This document shows, piece by piece, positions 49,401 through 56,790 of a stretch of DNA of 63,610 bases. Source of the DNA: Candidatus Omnitrophota bacterium (GTDB taxonomy: Bacteria > Omnitrophota > Gorgyraeia > Aquiviventales > Aquiviventaceae); contig JACPRA010000039.1 in the NCBI GenBank assembly GCA_016190215.1, forward strand, positions 1 to 63,610, written 5' to 3'. Position numbers and translations under genes: made by a program. The notes beneath the pieces were generated by a model. It was not told where the DNA came from. It made no database searches and saw only the letters and a list, made by a program, of their open reading frames with translations. The first letter of the stretch is position 1. Every line of letters starts with the position of its first letter.

Positions 49401-50181
49401 CGGTCGTGATCCGCGCGCCGCTGCGGGCCGAAGTCTCCGCGTCGGGACGCTCTTCAAGGATGAACTCGACGGCGTTCGACGGAGCCAGCCCGCTCGGCTC
49501 ATGCCCCGCGTAGTCAATCCGTGAGAGATACGATTGCCCGCGGTCCTGCGCGTAGCCGACAGTCAGCGTGTTGCCGTTCGGGGTCATCACCGTTCGCAAG
49601 ACCCACCGGAACACGCCAGCAGGAGCGGCTTGCTCGGTCTCCGGAGTCCCGCCGAAGAGATAGCGCGTGCCGGAGGGATCCCGCGCCTCCCAGCCGTCGG
49701 CGCCCTTCTGCTCCACGCGAAAGAACGCGCCCTCATCCTTCGCCCGGTAGGTGCCGTCCGGAATCCGCGCCAGCTCCAGGCTGATCCCGTGGAGATTCAG
49801 CAAGAACGTGTCGGTGCCGTCGTACCGCGGCACGCCGTTTTTGGTGGAACGCTCGATCGCGCCGACTTCCATATTCCATCCGACCCCCACCCACCCGTTC
49901 CGGCTTGAGGACGCATAGGTCAGGGCGAGGGCAGGCTGCAGGCCGCGCCGGCCCGGCGGGAGGAGAATGGGCACCGACGTGGTCGCGCGCCCGGTGAACC
50001 GATCCGCCTGAAACCCCTCAATCAGCGTGGCGGCAGGCGGCGGCGCGGATCCCGCCGATTCGATGGTCGAGCCCAGGTGAGCCGCTTCAACATGAGGCGG
50101 AAATGCCGCTTGAGCGATGACCAGCGCGAGCGCCGTGACCGCCGCAATTGTTCGTCGGAAAAGAGCGGCTGGAGAATCCAT
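43450..50181 (-). CDS. RHS/YD-repeat polymorphic toxin with Tc-toxin B-C-fusion-like architecture
   Basis: Signal peptide. SpvB-type N-terminus (FTGRATTSVPILLPPGRRGLQPALALTYASS..GWGVGW-like). About seven FG-GAP/VCBS repeats (GDFNGDGLSD). Many YD repeats (YDxxGN). RHS core YYDPSLGRFLSADP...NPLRFTDPSGL. Then a 282-aa AT-richer C-terminal module. Confidence 0.9.
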   Translation of the reverse strand: MDSPAALFRRTIAAVTALALVIAQAAFPPHVEAAHLGSTIESAGSAPPPAATLIEGFQADRFTGRATTSVPILLPPGRRGLQPALALTYASSSRNGWVGVGWNMEVGAIERSTKNGVPRYDGTDTFLLNLHGISLELARIPDGTYRAKDEGAFFRVEQKGADGWEARDPSGTRYLFGGTPETEQAAPAGVFRWVLRTVMTPNGNTLTVGYAQDRGQSYLSRIDYAGHEPSGLAPSNAVEFILEERPDAETSARSGARITTAKRLKEIVVTAADQLVRRYQLAYQLSPRTGRSLLASVTQVGTDGVSALPPTTFTYQSDAQPTYIVSSNTGLRGSNLWNVRFASKDWGDENGAPLYPSQIVSWSETSPTFTQPSGSAPGLTWNINGQGNLSVGADRDMNLYFWTYLFVASPKTASLTFSTSEDSQIRVFLNGTLQEIPGWPAKSLSLNAGWNLVEITSYNQNSGFGWQLSGSPAGQVDIMNPVQFLQPSLSGDFNGDGLSDLAFFDQPSGTWAVSASRAGLFEVGSAWLSGFGTVQTAPVLGDWDGDGRTDVATYQAGSWRFARSTGSSFQPDALPALSFGGGTPFVGDFNGDGASDLATYNVGAWSVALSSGSVFSPASSFALTWGSGNHEPLTGDFNGDGLTDIGLANRSSGQISVALSNGSQFVESANWLEGFGAGQEHLVADFNGDGLSDVAYYNRAAGQVIYAPATGAGFGSPRTVAATFSMRDANDQVQVGDFNGDGLADPGVFDPITGAGELAQSTGAIVDLLSRQMNGIGGSAAFTYRPSGLLDNTGDDALPDLPFVVPVVDAVTLDDGLDHQVTTRYSYEGGRYDPATKEFRGFAVVQARDAAGTTTELRFHQDDRLKGRLERSTVTDVSGARYAEQASAWRCTDPDPGVSFCRLERQAQTILDGNASSKETAVSLEYDDFGNVTRITEEGDTSVSGDERTTRVGYALNPSAWIVNRPAVITVAGPDGTTRLKEQRFFYDNHPALTDPPTTGNLTAVSEWLNATNEYLTTHLAYDQYGNVTRLTDPLARTTTLGYDDESHAFLVRLTNAAGHVQQMERDARFGLVTRSTDPNGVTTQARYDVFGRPSALIGPNDSAALPTMAFAYEVSTVPSRVTTQVRERSGESKLLTSYTFFDGVGRAVQTRAPAEDPAQQIVTGAAELDDRGLVTKQWLPYRSALSSSYVPMSQEPSAASIAAVSYTYDAVGRPVETVEPDGSTWATAYDDWTVTSTDANGHRSRSTADAQGRLAQMEEFAGSQIFRTAYQYDPLDNLTQVTDARGNVTRAAYDSLSRRTELDDPDMGRWTSAYDAVDNLIRQTDARGVEQGVNYDPLDRPTRVEFAIPAGSGIPDAGPITYTYDGSAGSFSIGRLTGRQDPVSSAHFEYDNLGRTIKETHTIEGASNVFEANFDLLDRLTSLTYPDGERVAYTYNAQGGVETVASDATSYVQGIEYNAADQPTVLTLGNGTTTSYAYDPRTLRATHLTTRGASSAVLQDIAYAYDAVGNLTRVEDVRAGEVETFAYDDLDRLARADEPDQAWTFAYDPLGNLTVKGSTTLSYDQPNGRRPHAVTATSEGWAFEYDANGSMAAKFSAAQSPAARELSATRFDVDADNRMVHVAAPTTETVSVALQFGWNFFSLPVIPDDLSIRAVFPSFGADIQQISRYNPQTHRLEDHVGDPQFDDFSTLEYGRGYQVYCATPAGLTVTLTGKTPTRKPAFSLEPGSHLIGSSALTAQPAGWLLDPLVRGEDYDAFAEYDPASGSLVETAEVHPAGAYYLHAVRQAAWAPPLPKDTATRLTYDGDGVRVKKATASSSTTYVGDLYERSAADTTKHIFAGGMLVASKPSGGPARFYHPDHLGSTNVVTDAAGAAVARYAYAPFGEVRQKTGPVDVAHQFTGQLADPETGLYFYQARYYDPSLGRFLSADPLVQNPADPQFLNRFAYVRNNPLRFTDPSGLVVEPVSLGSGAVAALSDVWGAAAPWLGALGAIGIIGGLIFLGFKLFGGRGGGSPSLPPGPIESTPFSSLVSLPGVTFAQFGQAAQVGGVGTGAVLNIKAMQQLATRLRTADPAVLAEPLISGASDFFAGTGDMFSFGVTDWVRGRLGLNEYVNKSSGLYKMGKVAGFGLSLAAGGAGSLNAGSRTVLYSGEGALGVARGARVGQLMEQTLGGRLLNGLEFLSRKFLRRNLPQGIWDAASGTFAANAKGTVYAFLRNPRVNSVFNRIENPVLKFFKNTVLRRL

Positions 50182-53072
50182 CAAGGCGCCTGGGGCGGAA
50201 CCGCCGGCCGCGCCACGTAGACATCCACCGGCTTCGAGGCTTGCCCGCCGAAGCCGTCCCGCACCCGAATCTCAAACCGTCGGCGTCCGAGGATGTCGGA
50301 CGGCGGCGTCCAGGCATGCGCAGCCTGCGGTGTCCAGTCCGCCAGCACTTGACCGTCCAACAGTATTTGGTACATCAGCGGGTCACCCTCGCGGTCGAGG
50401 GCCGTCACCGTGATCGTCGTCGGGATCTCTATGTGGACTTTGGGACCATCCGTCAGCTCGACCGCGGCAATCTCCGGCACCGTGCCGCGCACGACAGTGT
50501 AGGTGCGTACGGTCTGAAAGCCTCGAGGGCTGACGGCGGTGACCGTGATGGTGTTGGGACCCTCCGCCAGCGGCACGGTTCCTTCAAATTTCCGCCCGGC
50601 GCGGCTCGCCGGTTGGCCGTTGATGTCCACCCGGGTCAGGCTGTCATCCACGGTCCCCGTGAACACCAGCGGGGTGAGGTTGGTTTTTGCCGGCGGAGCG
50701 GCCTCCATCACCGGAGGAAGCTGGTCCAGGATGACATTGGCCGTCGCCGACGTGCTGACCACGCCTGAACGGCTCTTCGCGACGATCGCGAAGAGGTTGT
50801 CCCCTTCCGTCAGCCCGACGACCGCCGTCCACGTCGTGGCATCGCCGGCCGGAACCACCTCGACCCCATTGATCCAAATGGAGGTGCCGGGGGTTTTCGT
50901 GCCGGACAACGCGGCGGAATCGGCATCCGTCACGATCAATGATTGTCCGACAGTGGGACGCGGCGGTGGTGCGGTATCCAGGGTGACGGAGATCGCGTGC
51001 GAGGCCTGGTTGCCGGCCGGATCCACCGCTGTCGCCGTGATCGCGTTGGCCCCTTCGGTCAGCGTCATTACCGCAGAGAACGTTCCAAGCGTGACCGGCG
51101 CGGGGATATCATTCACGCGCACGGTGGCTTGCGGGTCATCCACGGTGCCCAACACCGTCAGCGAACTCGTGCCGGAGGGAATCATCGGAGCCTCGGTGGG
51201 ATAGCCAGCCCACAGCGTCAGGATGCCGTTGGTGACCGCCCCCGCCGTCAACGATCCGACGCTCACGACGCTGCGCACGCCTCCGGCCTCCGCCACGCCG
51301 CCACCCACACTGGCCAGGACGTATTGGACCATGGTGAAGACGTTGTTTGACAATAGCGCGATGGGAAACGGCCCGTGGGGCTGTGATGTTTTTGGCGTCG
51401 CGGGCCTGGACCAAAAATAGTTCAACGCGCTGCCGGGCCCCAGCACGGCACCGTCTGTCGGCTGGGTGATCTGAATGCGTGGAGGTGTCGTGTCCGGAGC
51501 CCCGGGCACCGTCAATGGCAGCGTGACGGACGCGCTCCGATGGGTCGGGTCGGACACGATGAACGTCACCGCATGGCTGCCGCCCTGATCCGCGCCCGGG
51601 ACCCAGCGGAAGAACCGTCGCTCGGGATCGAACGCGGCCCCCGTCGGCAGACCGGTTGCACTGTAGGTCAGCGGCTCGTCGTCTTCGTCCTTCCCCTGCA
51701 CATAGAAGACCACAATCTTATTCGGTGCGAGATTACTGGGCGGCCACCGGAGGCCGAAGTCCGTCACCAGGACACTGAAATCCACGGCGCTGATGCGGCT
51801 GTCGCCGTCGAGATCAGCGCGGGGATCATACCGGGCGTCGCCGACGCTCGTCCCGAACGCCGTCACCAGGACGGAATAGTCCACGATATCCACGCCGCCA
51901 TCGCCGTTGATATCGGGGCTGAGAATCCGCAGGGTGGGCGGGTGCGGCTCCGGCGCGATGACCGTGATCGCCAGGGTCTGTGGAAGCGAGGCGAGGTCGC
52001 CGTCGTTGGCCACGGCCGTGAGGGTGTAGGTACCCGCCTGCGTCCGGGCGGGTTGCCAGAAGAAACAAAACCGGTTCGAACCAGGACCGCGATACCCGGC
52101 CACCAGGCGCAGGATATGGATGGAGTCCACACTACTCAGTTGGCCGTCTTGATCCACATCGGCTGCCGCTCGCTGCGCTGGGGTGAGTTGCTGGAGGCCC
52201 ACGACCTGTCGCAGCACGAACAGCGCATCTACACTCTCCACCTGCCCGTTGCGATTCACATCCCCCATCGGATATACCTGCGCGCCGGCCGGCAAGGGCG
52301 TCACCTGCAGGCTGACCCGGTGATCGTCCGGATCGGTGGCGGTCATCAGGACGCTCAGGGACTCCTCGGTCCGAATGGTCCGCGCCTCGAGGGGTCCGAG
52401 AATAGGAGCGCGGTTCCTCGGAGCGATGTCTGGAGCGGGTGTCCCGCTGGACGATGTATCGTTGGAAGAACCCTCGGAGGGAAGAGGCGTTGGGCTCAAC
52501 ACCGGTTGGGTTGCAGGCTTGAAGACGAGAGATGGCGCGGAGGACAGCGTCACCGGGGCAGCAGGTTTTCCTCGTATTCCCCGCGAGGAGGCCATGGGGG
52601 AGGACTGAGGAGTGACCGGCACAGCCTCTGGAACCGGTTTCAATGCGATATGGCGCTGGAGCTGATCTGTCCACGGCGACATCCACGTCGTGGTGGTCGC
52701 TGACTGATAGCCTGACGCGGTGGCTGACACGGTCACCCGCTGCCAACCGTGCGGGTGGGGCATGGTTGTCGTGTAGGCGCCCTCTATTGCCCGCACAGTT
52801 TGGGTCACCTTCGCCCGGGGAAGAGTGATCGTGACGCGAGCCTGCGGCAGGGGCTGCCGCGTAGCGGCATTGATGAGCCGTCCCTGGATCGTGACGGTCG
52901 GGCTGGCTGCGTTCCCGGATTCGGTCGCTTTCGCCTGAACGTCGACAGCACCGGCAAAACCCACGCATACCCCGAGCACGAAACGGCTGACCGCCAGCGG
53001 GCTACAGCCACAATGCTGACGCGGCGGTCGCGTTGAAGAAGAAGCGTAGCGGTCGTATGGCTTGGACATCAT
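50181..53072 (-). CDS. large secreted protein with CarboxypepD_reg-like, cadherin/Ig-like and dockerin-type repeats
   Basis: Signal peptide (..FVLGVCVGFAGAVDVQA). Two pairs of dockerin-like Ca-binding repeats (DVNRNGQVESVDALFVLRQV, DVDQDGQLSSVDSIHILRLV, DINGDGGVDIVDYSVLV, DLDGDSRISAVDFSVLV). Several Ig-like modules (TLTEGANAITATAVD..). Its TGA overlaps the RHS ATG. Confidence 0.7.
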   Translation of the reverse strand: MMSKPYDRYASSSTRPPRQHCGCSPLAVSRFVLGVCVGFAGAVDVQAKATESGNAASPTVTIQGRLINAATRQPLPQARVTITLPRAKVTQTVRAIEGAYTTTMPHPHGWQRVTVSATASGYQSATTTTWMSPWTDQLQRHIALKPVPEAVPVTPQSSPMASSRGIRGKPAAPVTLSSAPSLVFKPATQPVLSPTPLPSEGSSNDTSSSGTPAPDIAPRNRAPILGPLEARTIRTEESLSVLMTATDPDDHRVSLQVTPLPAGAQVYPMGDVNRNGQVESVDALFVLRQVVGLQQLTPAQRAAADVDQDGQLSSVDSIHILRLVAGYRGPGSNRFCFFWQPARTQAGTYTLTAVANDGDLASLPQTLAITVIAPEPHPPTLRILSPDINGDGGVDIVDYSVLVTAFGTSVGDARYDPRADLDGDSRISAVDFSVLVTDFGLRWPPSNLAPNKIVVFYVQGKDEDDEPLTYSATGLPTGAAFDPERRFFRWVPGADQGGSHAVTFIVSDPTHRSASVTLPLTVPGAPDTTPPRIQITQPTDGAVLGPGSALNYFWSRPATPKTSQPHGPFPIALLSNNVFTMVQYVLASVGGGVAEAGGVRSVVSVGSLTAGAVTNGILTLWAGYPTEAPMIPSGTSSLTVLGTVDDPQATVRVNDIPAPVTLGTFSAVMTLTEGANAITATAVDPAGNQASHAISVTLDTAPPPRPTVGQSLIVTDADSAALSGTKTPGTSIWINGVEVVPAGDATTWTAVVGLTEGDNLFAIVAKSRSGVVSTSATANVILDQLPPVMEAAPPAKTNLTPLVFTGTVDDSLTRVDINGQPASRAGRKFEGTVPLAEGPNTITVTAVSPRGFQTVRTYTVVRGTVPEIAAVELTDGPKVHIEIPTTITVTALDREGDPLMYQILLDGQVLADWTPQAAHAWTPPSDILGRRRFEIRVRDGFGGQASKPVDVYVARPAVPPQAP

Positions 53073-53106
53073 TTCGGAAGGTGAAGGCGCTCGCGCGAAC
53101 CAAAAT

Positions 53107-53135
53107 AGCATAGGAAGCGCCCGGCCCGTTGTCAA
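53107..53135 (-). promoter_or_regulatory. strong sigma70 promoter TTGACA-17-TATGCT for the Ig/dockerin-RHS-immunity operon
   Basis: Minus strand reads ttgaca acgggccgggcgcttcc tatgct, preceded by an AT-rich UP-like stretch; lies in the 103-nt gap after the secretin gene. Confidence 0.7.
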
Positions 53136-53175
53136 TAAATATTTCAGAAAATTCAAATCAGTGGGCCAAAAAATC

Positions 53176-55026
53176 TCAACTGGAGGGGTGATACTCCACC
53201 GCCAGCCGGAAGCGCACGGAGTCGGCCGCGACGGCATCGGGAAACGGCGGGAAGGGGGCCAGCGCCTCCAGCGCCTCGCGCGCGGCCTGGACGAACGCTT
53301 CCCCCTGCGCGCTGACGATCTGTGGCGAACCGGTGAGGCTGCCGTCGCGGGCGATCGTCAGGGCCAGCGACACCAAGCCGGGGCCTGCGGCGGCGTGCTG
53401 CAGCGCCTGGGCCAGCCGGGCGCTGATCAGCGCGCGCAGGAGCGCTTGGTACGCCTCCGGCACCGGCGGCTCACGCTCGCCCGCCGCGCGAGGCTCGTCC
53501 GGAAGCGCGGAGTCTGGAAACTGCGTGACGGGCTCGCCGGCGGTGGAGACGATTTGCGGCGTCAAGAAGACGACCAGCTCGGTTTTTCGGCTCGAATCCA
53601 CCCGGCTGCGGAAGGCCGCGCCCAGCAGCGGCACGCGGCCCAAGAGGGGCACTTGGGATTGGGCCCGCTCCGTCTTCGTATCAATCAGCCCGCCGATGAC
53701 CACCGTGGCGCCGCTTTTCACAAGGACGTTCGTTTCCGCTTCCGTCGTCGTCACGATGGGGATGCGGTTCGCCTGGAAGGTTTCCACCTTGGCCGTGCTG
53801 ACCTCCGGCCGGACCTTCAACTGCACGTGGCCGTCCCGCTTGATGCTGGGCGTGACGAACAGTTTCGTCCCCACGTCCACGAATTGCACTTGCGGGGCAT
53901 TGACCGTCGCCCCGGTGGCCGGCACGGTGGTTGTCACCGTGACGACGGCTTCTTTCGTGCCGACCAGGATGCGCGCCTCCTGCTTATCCGAGACGGTGAT
54001 CCGCGGGTTGGAGACCGTGTCTACCTTGCCGAATTTTTTGAGCGCCTCCATGATGACCTGGGTCTGCCCGTTGTCGCTCAAAAACTTCAAGGCCACGCCG
54101 GTCGCGCTGCCGCCGATGATATCGCTGAGCGCCCGGAAGTTGCCTCGCGTCTGCAGGTTCACCCCATCGAACACCCGCTGCCAATCAATGCCGAGGCTCT
54201 CCTCATCCGTCAGCTCCACCTTGATGATCTTCGCCTCGATCAGCACCTGCGCGTCCCGCTCGTCGAAGGCGCGGATCACCTGGTCAATCCGCGCGACCGC
54301 CTCCGGCACATCCGTCACGATGGCCGTATTGGTCCGCGCATCGAAGGTAAAGAGCCCCACGCCGGGCGTCAAGAACTCTTGCGTCTTCTCTTTCAATTTT
54401 TCCGCGTCGGCGTAATCCAGGGGGTACACGCGCGTCTCCGTCGGGCGATCCAGCCACTGCACCAGGCGCTCCATCTCCGCAAGGCGGAGCGGCCCGTCGG
54501 TCAGGATCACGGTATTGGACGGCTCGTCCACCACCACTTGGCCGACCGCCGACTTCAGTTGGTTCAGCACGGTCGCTACTTGCTCCGCCTTGGCATAGCG
54601 CAGCGGGATCACTATGTTGCGCCGGCGCTGCTGGAACGGCTGGCCGTAGAGCAGCTCGTACTCCCGCGCGGTCATCACGCTGATGACGTCGCCGGTGCGC
54701 TCGTACGCCAGCTCGTTGGCCTCCACGATCCGCTCAAACGCTTCCCACACGCCGACGTCCTTGGCGAAGACTGTCACCCGGCCGGTCACGTTATGCCCCG
54801 CCACGAAGCTCAGCCCGCTTTTTTGGGACAACAGCTTCAGGACATCCAGAATGTCCACACCTTTCAAATCCAGGGAGAAGCGCTGGTCCGGGCCGACGGG
54901 TTCCTCACCGGCCGCGGTCTCGGATTGGGCCCATGCCGTCGGGCTGAGCCCGGCCACGGATTCCGCCATGGCGCTTCCGAGGATGAGGACCAGCCACCAA
55001 CTCAGCGCACGTCTCATAACACTCAT
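53176..55026 (-). CDS. gspD: secretin (GspD/PilQ family) with a C-terminal TonB_C-like extension
   Basis: Signal peptide, N-domain repeats, secretin core (VVIGGLI....Q.VPLLG.VPLLG..F, VVFLTPQIV), then about 97 extra residues resembling a TonB C-terminal domain. Confidence 0.85.
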   Translation of the reverse strand: MSVMRRALSWWLVLILGSAMAESVAGLSPTAWAQSETAAGEEPVGPDQRFSLDLKGVDILDVLKLLSQKSGLSFVAGHNVTGRVTVFAKDVGVWEAFERIVEANELAYERTGDVISVMTAREYELLYGQPFQQRRRNIVIPLRYAKAEQVATVLNQLKSAVGQVVVDEPSNTVILTDGPLRLAEMERLVQWLDRPTETRVYPLDYADAEKLKEKTQEFLTPGVGLFTFDARTNTAIVTDVPEAVARIDQVIRAFDERDAQVLIEAKIIKVELTDEESLGIDWQRVFDGVNLQTRGNFRALSDIIGGSATGVALKFLSDNGQTQVIMEALKKFGKVDTVSNPRITVSDKQEARILVGTKEAVVTVTTTVPATGATVNAPQVQFVDVGTKLFVTPSIKRDGHVQLKVRPEVSTAKVETFQANRIPIVTTTEAETNVLVKSGATVVIGGLIDTKTERAQSQVPLLGRVPLLGAAFRSRVDSSRKTELVVFLTPQIVSTAGEPVTQFPDSALPDEPRAAGEREPPVPEAYQALLRALISARLAQALQHAAAGPGLVSLALTIARDGSLTGSPQIVSAQGEAFVQAAREALEALAPFPPFPDAVAADSVRFRLAVEYHPSS

Positions 55027-55628
55027 AGCATCAACTCGATTCGTTCACCGTTCAGCTCCAGCAGCACGCGGTTGTCCAGCACTTCACGCAACACCGCCCC
55101 TCCGACAATGCGCTGCCCTTCCGTGACAAAATAGGTCTTGTTCGTCTGCGCATCCTCGATGATGGCTTGAGGCGGCGCGCCGGAGACGATGCCCATCAGC
55201 GTTAGGCGGCTTGCCAGCGTGATCGCCGCCGCCGAGAGGGCTCCGCCCGGCTCGTCCGTGGCAGCGGACACGCCCGCCCGGCCCGCTGGGGGCGCAAAAA
55301 GCGACGGCGGCACGCGATCCGCGAGGGCGGGAACCGGCGCGGGCTGTGCCGGCGGCTCCCCGATCAGTGCCGCCGGCTCCGGGGGCGGCGCGGCGAAGCG
55401 CACGTCCGGCTGCGGCCGCGCCAGCGTGACGGCCAGCGCCATCAATTCAACGACGAGCAACCCGGCGCCGCCGGCCATGGCGATCCGACTCCACGACAGC
55501 CTGCGCTGCCAGCTCGCCAGCCGTGCCGCGATCGGCGGCCGCGAAGGGCGCGCTGCCGACGTCAACGCCGGGCGCTTGGCCGGGCCCCGGAGGAGCTGCA
55601 ACAGGCGTTCTTCAGGCAACAGCTTCAT
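55023..55628 (-). CDS. GspC/PilP-like inner-membrane secretin-interacting protein
   Basis: One TM helix, Pro/Ala-rich linker, C-terminal LMGIVSG.PPQAIIED..TNKTYFVTEGQRI..AVLREV..NRVLLE, typical of the GspC HR / PilP fold. 4-nt overlap with the secretin gene. Confidence 0.6.
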   Translation of the reverse strand: MKLLPEERLLQLLRGPAKRPALTSAARPSRPPIAARLASWQRRLSWSRIAMAGGAGLLVVELMALAVTLARPQPDVRFAAPPPEPAALIGEPPAQPAPVPALADRVPPSLFAPPAGRAGVSAATDEPGGALSAAAITLASRLTLMGIVSGAPPQAIIEDAQTNKTYFVTEGQRIVGGAVLREVLDNRVLLELNGERIELML

Positions 55629-56448
55629 GCGTCCATCGCGCTTCCGCTTGAATGAGGTTGTTCACCAGCGCCTCGTCCGCGAGGGGGAGATGGTCCATGA
55701 CCATCCGCTCCAGCGCCTGATGGCACAGCAACGTGATTTGGCGGGGATAGCCCTGCGTGGATCGGTAGATGGCGCGCACCGCCTCGTCGGAAAAGAGCCG
55801 CCGGCCCGCGGGGAGCCCGGCGGCGCGAAGCCGGAACTCCACCAGCTCCGCCGTTTCCGCCTCGCTCAGCGGGTTGAGCAGGTACTTGAACGCCGCCCGG
55901 TCGAGAAAATTCCGCAGGCGCTTCAGGCGCGCGAGCAGCTCCATCTGGGCGAAGATCACCACCTGCAGCAGCTTCGACTCGTTGGTTTCGTAATTCAGCA
56001 GCATGCGCAGGGTCTCGAGCATGTCCACCGAGAGCTTCTGGCCTTCATCAATGATCAAGACCGTGGTGGCGCCCTGCGTGACACCCTGCTGAAAGAGGTG
56101 GTGTTCGATCGCTTCCCGGCAGTCGAGGGTGGATTTCAACTGGCCCCGGATGCCGAACAAGCGCGAGAGATGAAAGAGAAATTGATATTCCGAGTCGAAG
56201 GTGGGATTTAAGACGATATGGAAGGCCAGCCGCGCGTCCTGGGGCACCTCGGCCAGCAGGGTGCGGGCCAAGGTGGTCTTCCCGGTGCCCACCTCGCCCA
56301 GGATCACCGACAAGCCCCGCTGGAGGCGAATCGCAATTTCCAAGCGCGTGAGCGCCTGCACGTGCGAGCTGGACCGGAAGAAAAACTTCGGGTCCGGGCT
56401 CGTTGAAAACGGCTCCTTCGCCAGGCCCAATACGGTGTAATAGCTCAT
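55612..56448 (-). CDS. ExeA/GspA-like AAA+ ATPase
   Basis: YYTVLGLAKEPFSTSPDPKFFF....H..AL..L, Walker A GEVGTGKTTL, Walker B LIIDEGQ; no C-terminal peptidoglycan-binding domain. Confidence 0.8.
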   Translation of the reverse strand: MSYYTVLGLAKEPFSTSPDPKFFFRSSSHVQALTRLEIAIRLQRGLSVILGEVGTGKTTLARTLLAEVPQDARLAFHIVLNPTFDSEYQFLFHLSRLFGIRGQLKSTLDCREAIEHHLFQQGVTQGATTVLIIDEGQKLSVDMLETLRMLLNYETNESKLLQVVIFAQMELLARLKRLRNFLDRAAFKYLLNPLSEAETAELVEFRLRAAGLPAGRRLFSDEAVRAIYRSTQGYPRQITLLCHQALERMVMDHLPLADEALVNNLIQAEARWTHEAVA

Positions 56449-56681
56449 GAGGCTTCCAGTAGGCTGCGGATTTCCGCTAAGCGCTTTCCGGATTTCTGCC
56501 AGGCGCGGATCTGCGACAACCGCTCCAGCGTGGTGTGATCGAAATAACGAAACCGGGTTTCCGGGCTTCGTCCAACTTCGCTGATCAGACCCATCTTCAG
56601 ATAAAATTTCACCGTATGAATCGAATGCCCGCTGAGTCGAGCAACATCTTTGAGCAGATAGAGTTCTGTAATAGTACTCAT
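56445..56681 (-). CDS. small MerR-family helix-turn-helix protein
   Basis: LLKDVARLSGHSIHTVKFYLKMGLI....S..G.RYFD..TLERL..I fits a MerR N-terminal HTH; 78 aa with no effector domain. 4-nt overlap with the exeA-like gene. Confidence 0.7.
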   Translation of the reverse strand: MSTITELYLLKDVARLSGHSIHTVKFYLKMGLISEVGRSPETRFRYFDHTTLERLSQIRAWQKSGKRLAEIRSLLEAS

Positions 56682-56703
56682 GAGTACTCTCTAGGTAGAG
56701 AGT
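56673..56703. promoter_or_regulatory. two adjacent perfect palindromes: AGTACTCATGAGTACT (spans the start codon) and ACTCTCTA-CC-TAGAGAGT (5' UTR)
   Basis: Read directly; located between the -10 box and the second codon of the MerR-like gene. Confidence 0.6.
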
Positions 56704-56711
56704 TGATGGAC

Positions 56712-56739
56712 ATTATACCGCCTGTCGCCTGCGGGTCAA
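56712..56739 (-). promoter_or_regulatory. strong sigma70 promoter TTGACC-16-TATAAT
   Basis: Minus strand reads ttgacc cgcaggcgacaggcgg tataat with an AT-rich upstream stretch; lies in the 109-nt gap between the gspM-like and MerR-like genes. Confidence 0.7.
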
Positions 56740-56790
56740 GCGGATAATTTGATCAATTTGAAAAATATCCCGCACACGAACGCCCCGACA

